Positions 18,959 to 29,551 of a stretch of 64,000 nucleotides of DNA are shown piece by piece (the first letter of the stretch is position 1; every line of letters starts with the position of its first letter). A program made the position numbers and the translations under genes. Origin of the DNA: Fidelibacterota bacterium (lineage in GTDB: Bacteria; Fidelibacterota; Marinisomatia; Marinisomatales; TCS55); NCBI GenBank assembly GCA_046861385.1, contig JBHHTW010000002.1, forward strand, positions 32,001-96,000, written 5' to 3'. Under the pieces are notes generated by a model, which searched no databases, was not told the DNA's origin, and worked only from the letters and a program-made list of their open reading frames with translations.

Positions 18959-20452
18959 ATGAATAACCTTCAAAGCTTAGGCTATTACTGGCCGGAAATC
19001 ATTCTGACTATTACAATATTGGTAGCCATTCTGGCTGATTTATTTTATTCTGACAAAGATTCCGGAAAAACAGCCTTCTGGGTTTTGGGTGGATTGATCC
19101 TGACTCAAATTGCCATATATGTTCAGGATAATGAAATTGTCAGTACACTTTTTATGGGCAATCTGGCATTTGATCCTTTTGCTTCATTTTTCAAGACACT
19201 AACTATTTTGTCAACGGTCTTAGTCATTTTTATTTCTCAAAAAACGAACGAGCTTGACGGTCATCGCACAGGCGAATATTATTCACTTATGGCCATTATG
19301 GTTTTTGGCATGTTTCTAATGGCTTCGGCTATTGATCTGATTATGATCTATTTAGCTATTGAAATAGTGTCCATCGTTTCATTCATTTTGGCGGGCTATT
19401 TAAAAGGGGATCTTCGTTCCAATGAGGCTGCGTTGAAATATGTTCTTTACGGTGCTTTTTCATCAGGTATCATGTTGTTTGGAATGAGTATCGTCTTCGG
19501 GCTGGCAGGTTCGACTAAATTTTTTGCCATCCAGGAAGCCATGTGGCAATTGGAAGGAACTGCAAACTTTGCCTTTACGCTTGCTTCCATTTTTATTCTG
19601 GCCGGTTTTGGATATAAAATTTCTGCCGTTCCGTTTCATTTTTGGACGCCGGATGTGTATGAGGGAGCGCCAACATCTATTACTGCTTATTTATCTGTCG
19701 CACCCAAAGCGGTTGGCTTTGCGGTAATTATACGATTTTTCAATACTGTTTTTGGAGATAGTGGAGCATTTATTGACCCATTTCTTTCTACATTTACGAA
19801 TATTCCATGGCCGCAAATACTGGCAGTTCTTTCCGTGATCACCATGACGTTAGGAAACCTTGTGGCTTTGCAACAAAAAAGTATCAAGCGCATGCTGGCC
19901 TATTCCAGTATTGCACATGCCGGATATATGCTCATGGCTTTACCAACATTATCTTTCCAAGGTACCTATGCTATCATGCTTTATTTAGTCATGTATTTAT
20001 TCATGAATCTTGGGGCATTTTTTGTGGTCATTTTTGTGAAATCCCAGGGAGGAGGTGAATCTTTAGACGATTTTCGCGGGATAGGCTGGAAAATGCCCAT
20101 AGTCGGAATAGTCATGACTGTATTCATGCTGTCACTTACAGGTATTCCGCCTACAGCCGGCTTTATCGGTAAGTTTTATCTCTTTGCATCCGTGATAAAA
20201 GCGGGTCCGCAAATGTATTGGTTAGCCATTGTGGGGGCGATCAATAGTGTCATATCCCTGTATTATTATTTCAGAGTTGTCAAGGTGATGTTTTTTGAAG
20301 GGGAGCCTGCTGAAACGATTCAAGTACCATCGTTTTCTGTTCTGGCTATTTTACTCATTTTGGCAATCCCGACTATCCTATTTGGAGTTTATTGGACACC
20401 CATCGCTGAATGGGTCTCCCGTTCATTAGAATTATTTATCAAGGTAGTTTAA
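18959..20452 (+). CDS. nuoN: Complex I subunit N
   Basis: SNEAALKY, KISAVPFHFWTPDVYEGAP, KRMLAYSSIAHAGY, GIPPTAGFIGK. Confidence 0.95.
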   Translation: MNNLQSLGYYWPEIILTITILVAILADLFYSDKDSGKTAFWVLGGLILTQIAIYVQDNEIVSTLFMGNLAFDPFASFFKTLTILSTVLVIFISQKTNELDGHRTGEYYSLMAIMVFGMFLMASAIDLIMIYLAIEIVSIVSFILAGYLKGDLRSNEAALKYVLYGAFSSGIMLFGMSIVFGLAGSTKFFAIQEAMWQLEGTANFAFTLASIFILAGFGYKISAVPFHFWTPDVYEGAPTSITAYLSVAPKAVGFAVIIRFFNTVFGDSGAFIDPFLSTFTNIPWPQILAVLSVITMTLGNLVALQQKSIKRMLAYSSIAHAGYMLMALPTLSFQGTYAIMLYLVMYLFMNLGAFFVVIFVKSQGGGESLDDFRGIGWKMPIVGIVMTVFMLSLTGIPPTAGFIGKFYLFASVIKAGPQMYWLAIVGAINSVISLYYYFRVVKVMFFEGEPAETIQVPSFSVLAILLILAIPTILFGVYWTPIAEWVSRSLELFIKVV

Positions 20453-20472
20453 CAGTAAATTCTCACCGTAAT

Positions 20473-21828
20473 ATGGTGTTAAACATAAAAATTCAAAAAG
20501 GTCATAATATCCAGATTTCCGGTGTTCCCAAAAGGGACTTGGAAATTTCTGGAAAACCACAGACAATCGCGATTCATCCAACTGAATTTCTTTACATAAA
20601 ACCTAAATTATTAGTAAAAGAGGGAGTACAGGTAAAGATTGGTACACCTCTCTTTTTTGATAAAAAAAATCCTGACATCAAATGGGCATCTCCCGGATCA
20701 GGAAAAGTTACTGCAATTCACTACGGCCCTCGCCGCATCATTGAAAAAATACTAATCGAACTTGACCCGAATGAAGAATCGGTGGAGTTTCCGGTTCTGG
20801 ATACGACACAAATTCTCGAATCCTCTAAGGAAAAGATTACTGAACAAATCCTGAATGCCGGCTTATGGCCCATGATTCGCCAACGCCCCTTTAATAAAAT
20901 AGCCAATCCAGTTGAAACACCTTATTCAATCTTTGTTTCATGTATTAATTCCGCTCCTTTAGCGGTAGACCTTGATATTGCACTGAACAATAGCCAATCG
21001 TCTTTCCATGCCGGAATTGCAGCATTGTCTCGATTAACGAATGGTGCTGTTCATCTTGTTGTGGGTGAAAATTCGACTTCAGAAACCTTTTTGGATGTAC
21101 CGTATTCAAAAACTCATTCCATTTCCGGGCCCCATCCAGCTGGTAATGTAGGGATTCAAATTCATCACATTGATCCCCTTAAACCCGGCAAAATCATTTG
21201 GACAATGAACGCACAACATGTTATTACATTGGGGAGATTGTTTAAAAAAGGTAAATTTGACCCCACTATTGTTATGACGATTGGTGGTCCGGCTGTGAAT
21301 AAACCCACCCATTTGAAAACTCGAATGGGTACATCAATCAAACCATTGACCGATGATCGATTAAATAATGGTCCAAAGCGGTTTATTTCTGGCGACGTGT
21401 TAACCGGAAAAACCATTGAAAAAGAAGGGCATATTTATTTTTATCATTCTAGTGTATCCGTTCTTCCTGAATCGGACGATCGTGAGTTTTTGGGAATGTT
21501 GCGGCTTGGATCAGGTAAAAGCCGATATAGCTTAACCAAAGCATTTGGTTCATTTGGACGGTCACTATATCCGTTCAATACAAATAAAAATGGTGAAGAA
21601 CGCGCCATGGTACCCATCAATTCCTGGGAAAATGTATTACCAATGGATATTTTTCCGAACCCATTGTTTCGTGCTATCCTGGCCAATGACATTGAAGAGA
21701 TGGAGCAGTTAGGGCTTCTGGAATGCGACGAAGAAGATTTTGCACTGTGTTCTTTTGCTGATGCCGGTAAGATTGACGTTGGAGCTGTGATTCGCCAAGG
21801 ATTGGATGTGTTAGAGGCTGAAGGATAA
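20473..21828 (+). CDS. nqrA: Na+-translocating NADH:quinone reductase subunit A
   Basis: IKIQKG, KPKLLVKEG, SPGSGKV, GPHPAGNVG, GEERAMVP, DEEDFALC; start moved to ATG 20473. Confidence 0.92.
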   Translation: MVLNIKIQKGHNIQISGVPKRDLEISGKPQTIAIHPTEFLYIKPKLLVKEGVQVKIGTPLFFDKKNPDIKWASPGSGKVTAIHYGPRRIIEKILIELDPNEESVEFPVLDTTQILESSKEKITEQILNAGLWPMIRQRPFNKIANPVETPYSIFVSCINSAPLAVDLDIALNNSQSSFHAGIAALSRLTNGAVHLVVGENSTSETFLDVPYSKTHSISGPHPAGNVGIQIHHIDPLKPGKIIWTMNAQHVITLGRLFKKGKFDPTIVMTIGGPAVNKPTHLKTRMGTSIKPLTDDRLNNGPKRFISGDVLTGKTIEKEGHIYFYHSSVSVLPESDDREFLGMLRLGSGKSRYSLTKAFGSFGRSLYPFNTNKNGEERAMVPINSWENVLPMDIFPNPLFRAILANDIEEMEQLGLLECDEEDFALCSFADAGKIDVGAVIRQGLDVLEAEG

Positions 21829-21830
21829 AA

Positions 21831-22997
21831 ATGAAAATTATTCGAACAATTCTGGATAAGGTTGAGCCGATATTTGACAAAGGCAGTTTCCTGGAAAAAT
21901 ATCATCCTGTATACGATGCTACGGATACTATTCTTTTTTCAACCAATGAAAAGACAGAATCCGGACCACATATCCGTGACAGCATCGATAATAAACGTGT
22001 GATGATTCTTGTGGTGATTGCCCTCATTCCTATTTATATATTTGGAGCCATAAATATTGGCTATCAAGCAGCAGGCGCAGAACGCGCTGTTATGGAAAAT
22101 TTTTGGATAGGAATGGGTTCGATTTTTCCAATTTTGTTGACTGTATTTATCGCCGGAGGATTTTGGGAGATATTATTCGCCATCGTTCGTAAACATCCTA
22201 TTAATGAAGGGTTTTTAGTCACATGGGTATTGATTCCATTAATCATGCCACCCAGTATTCCACTATGGCAAGTTGCCCTTGCGACGTCTTTTGGTATTGT
22301 CATAGGTAAAGAAATTTTTGGCGGTGTTGGCATGAATATATTCAATCCGGCATTGGTGGCTAGAGCGTTTATCTTTTTTGCATACCCGGGTCAAATATCC
22401 GGAGAAAAAGTTTGGATTAACGTCGATGGAATCTCCGGAGCAACCGCATTATCTATTCCTGCTTCGATTGAAAATGGAAATGCTGTTGAATTGTTATCAA
22501 ACATTACACAATTTGATTATTCTTGGTCTAATATATTCTGGGGATACATTCCCGGCTCAATAGGCGAAACAAATAAACTATTAATAATTTTAGGTGCATT
22601 GTTTTTGATCTACACAGGAATTGTGAATTGGCGAGTTATCGTTGGGGCGCTGATTGGGTTGTTTGGGACAGCAACATTAACCAATATGATGGCTTCTTAT
22701 TCTTCCAACACAATGCTCACGTTACCCCCCCATTATCATTTGGTCATGGGCGGATTTCTATTTGGAATTGCCTTTATGGCCACCGAACCTGTTACCGGAG
22801 CCCATACAGATAAAGGAAGATGGATTTACGGTATTATGATTGGCTTCCTCACTGTCATTATCCGAACCATGAATCCGGCCTATCCTGAAGGAACCATGCT
22901 GGCAATATTACTCATGAATGCTTTTGCTCCATTGATTGATTACTATGTTGTCCGTGGAAATATTAAACGACGGTTAAAGAGATATGCAGCAGAGTAA
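21831..22997 (+). CDS. nqrB: Na+-NQR subunit B
   Basis: HIRDSIDNKR, GGFWE, NEGFLVT, FMN site DGISGAT, PGSIGET, FMATEPV, YPEG. Confidence 0.95.
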   Translation: MKIIRTILDKVEPIFDKGSFLEKYHPVYDATDTILFSTNEKTESGPHIRDSIDNKRVMILVVIALIPIYIFGAINIGYQAAGAERAVMENFWIGMGSIFPILLTVFIAGGFWEILFAIVRKHPINEGFLVTWVLIPLIMPPSIPLWQVALATSFGIVIGKEIFGGVGMNIFNPALVARAFIFFAYPGQISGEKVWINVDGISGATALSIPASIENGNAVELLSNITQFDYSWSNIFWGYIPGSIGETNKLLIILGALFLIYTGIVNWRVIVGALIGLFGTATLTNMMASYSSNTMLTLPPHYHLVMGGFLFGIAFMATEPVTGAHTDKGRWIYGIMIGFLTVIIRTMNPAYPEGTMLAILLMNAFAPLIDYYVVRGNIKRRLKRYAAE

Positions 22998-23694
22998 TAC
23001 ATATACATTAGTATTTACAGCTATCGTAACCGTTATTTTGGGAATTATGCTATCAATAGCCGCAACATCTTTGAAGGAAAGGCAAGATTTAAATGTTGCC
23101 TTGGATATTAAGAAAAATATTTTACGTGCCTTAGGATTTACCGAAACAGAGGATGAACCTTGGACTCAACAAACTATACAGGAGATTTTTGAGAAAAATG
23201 TTGAAGGTTTTGTTGTAAATAGTAAAGGGAATAGACTTAAAGAAGTCAGCGTCGAAAATATTGTCGAGAGTGATCAATACCCCGTGTATTGTAAGCATAT
23301 CCCCGGGTACGGTATTGACGGGTATGCAATTCCTATATCCGGAAAAGGGTTATGGTCTACTTTATTCGGGTATATCGCCCTTGAACCAGATGGTATAACT
23401 GTAAAAGGAATTACGTTCTACAAACACGGCGAAACACCCGGTCTTGGCGGTGAAGTAGAAAAAGAATGGTTTACGGATAACTTTATGGGAAAAAAAATCA
23501 TTGACAACGAAGGCACATTAGTCAGTATTCAAATCGTAAAAGGAAATGTGGATAAAACTTCGAAGGAATCCTTTCATCAGGTTGATGGAATATCCGGTGC
23601 CACAATGACAGGTAAGGGCGTGACAGCTTTTTTAAAGACAGACCTGAGGAAATACGAACCGTTCTTTCAACAAATTCGCAAAAAACATAACTGA
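22984..23694 (+). CDS. nqrC: Na+-NQR subunit C
   Basis: [19 protein letters not shown] site [10 protein letters not shown]. Confidence 0.95.
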   Translation: MQQSNTYTLVFTAIVTVILGIMLSIAATSLKERQDLNVALDIKKNILRALGFTETEDEPWTQQTIQEIFEKNVEGFVVNSKGNRLKEVSVENIVESDQYPVYCKHIPGYGIDGYAIPISGKGLWSTLFGYIALEPDGITVKGITFYKHGETPGLGGEVEKEWFTDNFMGKKIIDNEGTLVSIQIVKGNVDKTSKESFHQVDGISGATMTGKGVTAFLKTDLRKYEPFFQQIRKKHN

Positions 23695-23696
23695 TC

Positions 23697-24323
23697 ATGG
23701 CTCTTTTAAGTAATAAATCCAAAGCAGTCCTGACAGATCCATTAATGAATAATAATCCCATTACGATTCAGATATTGGGAATTTGTTCCGCTTTAGCAGT
23801 AACAGTAAAAGTAGACACAGCCGTTGTTATGTCTATTGCTTTGGTTTTTGTGGTCAGTATGTCTAATGCAATTATCTCTATGTTGAGAAATTTAATTCCA
23901 GCTCGAGTTCGAATTATCGTAATGCTCACAATCATTGCTTCATTAGTGATATTAACTGACCAGGTATTGAGAGCTTATATGTACGATATGAGCAAACAGC
24001 TTTCGGTTTTTGTCGGCTTAATTATTACCAATTGTATCGTGATGGGTCGTGCGGAAGCATTTGCCATGCAAAATAAACCATGGAGATCTTTTTTGGATGG
24101 CGTTGGGAATGGCCTGGGTTATGGACTCATTCTGGTCGTTGTTGCAGTCTTCAGAGAAATATTGGGAAGTGGATCACTCTACGGATTCCAAATTATTCCT
24201 ATGTCATTTTATGAATCTGGTTACTTAAATAATGGGCTGATGGTTTTGTCACCGGGGGCCTTTATTATTCTCGGATTGATTATTTGGGTTCAACGAACCA
24301 TGATGAATGTAGAGGAGGAGTAG
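23697..24323 (+). CDS. nqrD: Na+-NQR subunit D
   Basis: [35 protein letters not shown]. Confidence 0.95.
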   Translation: MALLSNKSKAVLTDPLMNNNPITIQILGICSALAVTVKVDTAVVMSIALVFVVSMSNAIISMLRNLIPARVRIIVMLTIIASLVILTDQVLRAYMYDMSKQLSVFVGLIITNCIVMGRAEAFAMQNKPWRSFLDGVGNGLGYGLILVVVAVFREILGSGSLYGFQIIPMSFYESGYLNNGLMVLSPGAFIILGLIIWVQRTMMNVEEE

Positions 24324-24324
24324 C

Positions 24325-24936
24325 ATGCTGGAACATTATATTAGTTTAGCTGTCAAAGCAGTTTTTATTGAAAATATTCTCCTGGCCTATTTCCTGGGCA
24401 TGTGTTCATTCCTTGCTATTTCAAAAAAGGTGGAAACATCTATCGGACTGGGTATGGCTGTCACATTCGTATTAACAATCACATCTCCGGTAAACTGGGC
24501 GATTCATCATTACTTCTTGCAGGATGGTGCTTTGGCTTGGGCAGGCTTACCGGAAGTAGATTTAAGTTATTTGAACTTTATTGTATTCATCGCTGTCATT
24601 GCTGCCATGGTCCAATTGGTGGAAATGATTCTGGATCGTTTTTCACCCACTTTGTATTATAATCTGGGAATTTTCTTACCTCTTATCGCCGTAAACTGCG
24701 CCATTCTGGGTGGTTCATTGTTCCTGGTTGAAAGAGAATATACATTTATGGAATCAACAGTTTTTGGATTTGGATCTGGATTAGGTTGGTTTCTGGCAAT
24801 CGCGTCCATGTCAGCCATCCGCCATCGTTTACGATACTCGAATGTGCCTCCAAAATTAAGGGGATTGGGAATTACCATGTTATTAACCGGTTTATTGTCT
24901 ATGGCATTCATGGCTTTTTCAGGGATAAATTTATAA
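24325..24936 (+). CDS. nqrE: Na+-NQR subunit E
   Basis: [36 protein letters not shown]. Confidence 0.95.
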   Translation: MLEHYISLAVKAVFIENILLAYFLGMCSFLAISKKVETSIGLGMAVTFVLTITSPVNWAIHHYFLQDGALAWAGLPEVDLSYLNFIVFIAVIAAMVQLVEMILDRFSPTLYYNLGIFLPLIAVNCAILGGSLFLVEREYTFMESTVFGFGSGLGWFLAIASMSAIRHRLRYSNVPPKLRGLGITMLLTGLLSMAFMAFSGINL

Positions 24937-26168
24937 TGATTTACACAGCTATTTCAGGTGTTGTTATATTTACGGCTGTGATTTTATTATTGGTAATCCT
25001 TCTAAATTATGCCCAATCAAAACTGCTTCCCCAAGGGGATATTATCATCCATATCAATGATGATAATGGAAATGATATTACAACAAAACCAGGGTCCACG
25101 TTGTTATCAACGCTATCAGCCGAAAGCATTTTTCTTCCTTCAGCTTGTGGAGGTGGTGGAACCTGCGCAATGTGCAAATGCCAGGTTTTAGAAGGTGGTG
25201 GAGAAATACTCCCGACTGAGACAGGACATATCAGTCGAAATGAAGCCAAGGATCAATGGCGATTGGCCTGTCAGCTCAAAGTAAAAAAAAGTATGAATAT
25301 TCGGATTCCTGAAGAGGTTTTCAATATTCGCAAATGGGAATGCACTGTCAAATCAAACAACAATGTTGCGACATTTATCAAAGAATTAGTCATGGAATTG
25401 CCTGAAGGTGAAATGTTGAATTTCAAAGCCGGTGGCTATATCCAGATTGATATACCAGAATATCACAACTTACTATTTAAACATTTTGATGTCGAAGATC
25501 AATACCATCCGGACTGGGACAAATATAATATCTGGGATTTAACAGCAAACAATGATGAGGAAATTTGCAGAGCATATTCAATGGCGAATCATCCGGCGGA
25601 AGGCAATAAAGTTATGCTCAACGTTCGCATCGCCACACCTCCTCCTCAACTGTGGAATGATGTGCCTCCGGGATTGGCATCTTCTTATATTTTTAATCTA
25701 AAACCAGGTGATAAAGTCACAATTTCCGGACCATACGGTGAATTTTTTATCAAAGATACTGATCGCGAAATGGTGTATATCGGTGGTGGGGCAGGAATGG
25801 CTCCAATGAGATCACATTTGTATCATCTTTTTAATACATTAAAGACAGATAGAAAAGTATCCTTTTGGTATGGAGCCAGAAGCCTGCGAGAAATGTTTTA
25901 TGATGATGAATTCAAAAAAATTGCAGACGCCTTTCCTAATTTTAATTATAATGTCGCCTTATCTGAACCATTACCTGAAGACAACTGGGAAGGATCTACT
26001 GGTTTTATTCACCAGGTTTTGCATGATAACTATTTGAAAGATCACGATGATCCAACTGAAATTGAATATTATATGTGTGGCCCACCGCCCATGATCGCTG
26101 CTGTAGATAATATGCTTTATGAACTTGGTGTTGAAAAAGATATGATTGCTTATGACAGTTTTGGATAA
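24936..26168 (+). CDS. nqrF: Na+-NQR subunit F
   Basis: [2Fe-2S] [42 protein letters not shown]; start moved to ATG 24936 (TAATG overlap). Confidence 0.95.
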   Translation: MIYTAISGVVIFTAVILLLVILLNYAQSKLLPQGDIIIHINDDNGNDITTKPGSTLLSTLSAESIFLPSACGGGGTCAMCKCQVLEGGGEILPTETGHISRNEAKDQWRLACQLKVKKSMNIRIPEEVFNIRKWECTVKSNNNVATFIKELVMELPEGEMLNFKAGGYIQIDIPEYHNLLFKHFDVEDQYHPDWDKYNIWDLTANNDEEICRAYSMANHPAEGNKVMLNVRIATPPPQLWNDVPPGLASSYIFNLKPGDKVTISGPYGEFFIKDTDREMVYIGGGAGMAPMRSHLYHLFNTLKTDRKVSFWYGARSLREMFYDDEFKKIADAFPNFNYNVALSEPLPEDNWEGSTGFIHQVLHDNYLKDHDDPTEIEYYMCGPPPMIAAVDNMLYELGVEKDMIAYDSFG

Positions 26169-26172
26169 TCAA

Positions 26173-27198
26173 ATGGCTCGTTTTAGATTAATTAAAGCCC
26201 GACTTTTGTTGGGCTTTTTTATCATTCTGGGATATAATGGGTGTTCCAGTCCAACTAAAGAAATTTCTCTATCAGGCGAGACAATGGGAACTACTTATTC
26301 AATAAAGATCGTTCCTGTTAATAAAATTCATAAAGAAAGAATTCAACAAGATGTTGATTCAATTTTGGTTAATCTTAACAGACAAATGTCGACGTACATT
26401 CCCGGAAGTGAGATCAATCAATTCAATGCATATCTAGGAACGATGCCGTTTCAAATCTCTCCTGAGTTTTATCAAGTTGTCGAGCGTGCGTTTTATTGGA
26501 CACATCTGACTAATGGGGCCTTTGATATAGCCATCCTGCCTCTATCATCAACTTGGGGTTTCGGACCCAGGGGAATGAGTACATCTCCAACCGATCGTGA
26601 AATACAATCAGCCTTGAGAAGTTCAGGATATGAACAGTTAGTACTTCATTTATCGGGTATTCAAAAATTAAACCCAAATGTTCAACTGGACGTTAACGCG
26701 ATTGCAAAGGGGTTTGGTGTTGATGTTATCGCTTCGTATTTAACAGGAATAAGTATTTCAAATTATATGGTTGAGATTGGAGGTGAAGTTTATTGCAGTG
26801 GTGTTAATAGTAATGGTACCGTTTGGAATATTGGGATTGAATCACCAAATAAGTCTAATCGGGAATTATTGGGTATTGTTTATTTGAATAACCAGGCAAT
26901 TGCGACTTCGGGCGATTATAGAAATTTCCATTTATCCGACGAAAAGGTTATTTCACATGTTATTGACCCGCGGAGCGGTAAACCGGTAACAACCGTCCCA
27001 TCTGCTTCAGTGATTTCAGATCATTGTATGGATGCTGATGCTTTGGCCACCGCTCTTATGGTTATGGGAAAGGAAGATGGAATGGAGTTAATTGAATCCC
27101 TAGATAAAACAGAAGCGCTGATGGTCATTCGAAATGATGATGGCTCACTTGAAGAATTCATGAGCTCAGGGTTTGAATTAATAGCTAGTCAGGATTGA
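26173..27198 (+). CDS. apbE: FAD:protein FMN transferase lipoprotein
   Basis: Lipobox YNGC; GETMGT, IAKGFGVD, EIGGE, ATSGDYRN, HVIDPR, ADALAT. Confidence 0.92.
   Translation: MARFRLIKARLLLGFFIILGYNGCSSPTKEISLSGETMGTTYSIKIVPVNKIHKERIQQDVDSILVNLNRQMSTYIPGSEINQFNAYLGTMPFQISPEFYQVVERAFYWTHLTNGAFDIAILPLSSTWGFGPRGMSTSPTDREIQSALRSSGYEQLVLHLSGIQKLNPNVQLDVNAIAKGFGVDVIASYLTGISISNYMVEIGGEVYCSGVNSNGTVWNIGIESPNKSNRELLGIVYLNNQAIATSGDYRNFHLSDEKVISHVIDPRSGKPVTTVPSASVISDHCMDADALATALMVMGKEDGMELIESLDKTEALMVIRNDDGSLEEFMSSGFELIASQD
26194..26220 (+). terminator. Intrinsic terminator-like hairpin after nqrF, inside the apbE signal-peptide codons
   Basis: AAAGCCCGAC-TTTT-GTTGGGCTTT followed by TTT. Confidence 0.6.
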
Positions 27199-27385
27199 TA
27201 TCCTGGGACTCACACTTACCTGTATCTCCACCACATGTTGGGCATGCCATTTCAACGCCGTCAATGACAATTTTTCCACCTTTACCACCGCAGGAACCCT
27301 TGAGAGGTTTATTATTAAAAATTACACCGATAGCCATTGCGAATATCGCAAGGGCCAATACTCCAATACCAATAATAATTTCCAT
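27185..27385 (-). CDS. nqrM: Na+-NQR maturation factor NqrM (DUF539)
   Basis: N-terminal TM helix, MAIGVIF..PLKGSCGG, CPTCGG..C; adjacent to apbE. Confidence 0.85.
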   Translation of the reverse strand: MEIIIGIGVLALAIFAMAIGVIFNNKPLKGSCGGKGGKIVIDGVEMACPTCGGDTGKCESQDINPD

Positions 27386-27512
27386 GCAAGAAATTACGCC
27401 AATTGATTAATTGAGTTCCAATCCATTCGCTTTTATTTCAATAAATATGTTAGATGTATTAAACTCTAGTCTATTATATTAACGGTACTGAACTTTTGAA
27501 TAAAGACGAATA

Positions 27513-28946
27513 ATGAAAATACAATCCTATAAAATCATAAAGATACTTATCTTTTTCAGCGGATTAATTACCACAGTATTTGGATCCGAGAACGCCCCCC
27601 ATGGTGCACCCCATCTTGATGGAAGTGTATTATCAATTATCTGGGTGATTCCATTTGTCGGTATCTTGTTGTCTATAGCACTTTTCCCATTAACTGCACC
27701 CCAATTCTGGCATCATCATTTTGGGAAAGTTTCATTATTTTGGGCAGCAGTATTTATCATTCCATTTCTTATCAAAGAAGGAGTAACGATTACTATTTAT
27801 GAATTACTTCACGTGGGATTACTGGAATACATTCCCTTTATTATTTTATTATTAGCTCTTTTCACGATTTCGGGAGGTGTCCGTTTAACCGGCACATTGG
27901 TGGGAAAACCGATTACCAATTTATCTCTCATTCTTATAGGTACCCTGTTTGCCAGCTGGATGGGGACGACCGGTGCTGCAATGCTATTAATTCGCCCGTT
28001 AATTCGAGCAAATGCAGATCGAGAACATAAAATTCATACAATCGTTTTTTTTATTTTTCTCGTTGCAAATATAGGAGGCTCATTAACCCCGCTTGGTGAT
28101 CCACCACTATTTTTGGGATTTTTAAAAGGAGTCGATTTTTTCTGGACAACATTTGCCATGATTAAACCCATGCTGGTCATGGTAGTGCTTTTATTAGCAA
28201 TATATTTTATATTGGATTCATATTTTTATCATCAAGAATATCCGATATCTGTTCCGGAAGAAACCCATAAAATTGGGTTAGAAGGGAAATTTAATCTTTT
28301 GTTATTACTGGGTGTAATATCATCTGTTCTGATGAGTGGTTTTTGGCATCCAGGGATTCACTTCACTGTGTTTTATGTTGATGTTGAATTGCAGAATTTG
28401 GCGAGGGATTTCCTTTTAATATGTTTGACAGTTATCAGCTGGAAAATGACCCCTAAATCCATCCGCGAAGCCAACGAGTATACATGGTTCCCCATCATTG
28501 AGGTGGCAAAATTATTTTCGTCTATTTTTGTAACCATTATTCCTGCGATAGCTATATTGAAGGCTGGAACCCATGGGGCGTTGTCTTCCGTTATTGACTC
28601 TGTTTCTCACGATGGAGAACCTGTAAATTATATGTACTTTTGGCTGACGGGAATATTATCCAGTTTTCTTGATAATGCACCCACGTATCTTGTATTTTTT
28701 AATACCGCAGGAGGAGATCCCTCAATATTAATGACGAGTCAACACAACACATTGCTTGCCATTTCAGCGGGGGCAGTATTTATGGGCGCTAATACTTATA
28801 TTGGAAATGCACCCAATTTTATGGTAAAGTCTATTGCCGAGTCTTCCGGAATTAAAATGCCAAGTTTCTTTGGATATTTAATTAAATATTCACTGCCTAT
28901 TTTATTTCCCCTTTACATTATTGTAACCTATATTTTCTTTGCATGA
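27513..28946 (+). CDS. IT-superfamily putative Na+/H+ antiporter (DUF1646-like)
   Basis: Many TM helices; GTTGAAMLLIRP, ANIGGSLTPLGDPPL, SFLDNAPTY, YIGNAPNFM. Confidence 0.8.
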   Translation: MKIQSYKIIKILIFFSGLITTVFGSENAPHGAPHLDGSVLSIIWVIPFVGILLSIALFPLTAPQFWHHHFGKVSLFWAAVFIIPFLIKEGVTITIYELLHVGLLEYIPFIILLLALFTISGGVRLTGTLVGKPITNLSLILIGTLFASWMGTTGAAMLLIRPLIRANADREHKIHTIVFFIFLVANIGGSLTPLGDPPLFLGFLKGVDFFWTTFAMIKPMLVMVVLLLAIYFILDSYFYHQEYPISVPEETHKIGLEGKFNLLLLLGVISSVLMSGFWHPGIHFTVFYVDVELQNLARDFLLICLTVISWKMTPKSIREANEYTWFPIIEVAKLFSSIFVTIIPAIAILKAGTHGALSSVIDSVSHDGEPVNYMYFWLTGILSSFLDNAPTYLVFFNTAGGDPSILMTSQHNTLLAISAGAVFMGANTYIGNAPNFMVKSIAESSGIKMPSFFGYLIKYSLPILFPLYIIVTYIFFA

Positions 28947-29485
28947 GAATTTCTAAGGTAACCACTCGCACAGGTGACAGGGGTGAAACCGGCTTGGGTG
29001 ATGGAAGTCGGGTTAAGAAAGATGATGCTCGTATTCAATGTCTTGGCGCCATCGATGAATTGAATTCTTTTATTGGATTTGGAAAAGTTGTGTTGAGAGA
29101 TAAGACGATTATTTCCTTTTTGGAAACTATTCAACAAGACTTATTTAATATTGGGGGCGAGTTATCTGTCCCTGGGAAAGAAATGACAGCAGTGGATGTT
29201 AATCGAATTGTGGAATTAGAGAGCAGTGTTTTGGAATGGAATGAGGATATCCCTCCATTGAAAGAATTTATTTTACCTGGTGGGACTGAAGCCTCTTCCA
29301 GAATGCATTTAGCGCGAACATCTGCCCGCAGAGCAGAAAGGAAACTGATCCAACTGCATAAATCAGAATCTGTAACGGATCATTGCATAATGTATTTTAA
29401 TAGATTATCAGATGTATTTTTTGTATTAGCTAGGAAACTTCAACGCGATGACGATGTTGATGAAAAACAATGGAAGCATGAATAA
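28943..29485 (+). CDS. pduO: PduO-type cob(I)alamin adenosyltransferase
   Basis: TRTGDRGET, GAIDELNS, FILPGG, ARRAER, NRLSD. Confidence 0.92.
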   Translation: MRISKVTTRTGDRGETGLGDGSRVKKDDARIQCLGAIDELNSFIGFGKVVLRDKTIISFLETIQQDLFNIGGELSVPGKEMTAVDVNRIVELESSVLEWNEDIPPLKEFILPGGTEASSRMHLARTSARRAERKLIQLHKSESVTDHCIMYFNRLSDVFFVLARKLQRDDDVDEKQWKHE

Positions 29486-29551
29486 ACTTTCCTTCATGCG
29501 TTATTTACCTGAAATCGGCTAAATTCTCAGCTGTAAAAAATTGAAATTATA

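Noticed and set aside
20473-26168. Alternative call as an Rnf complex
   Set aside because: NqrA lacks RnfC ferredoxin motifs, NqrF has FAD/NAD domains, and the gene order is nqrABCDEF with apbE and nqrM.
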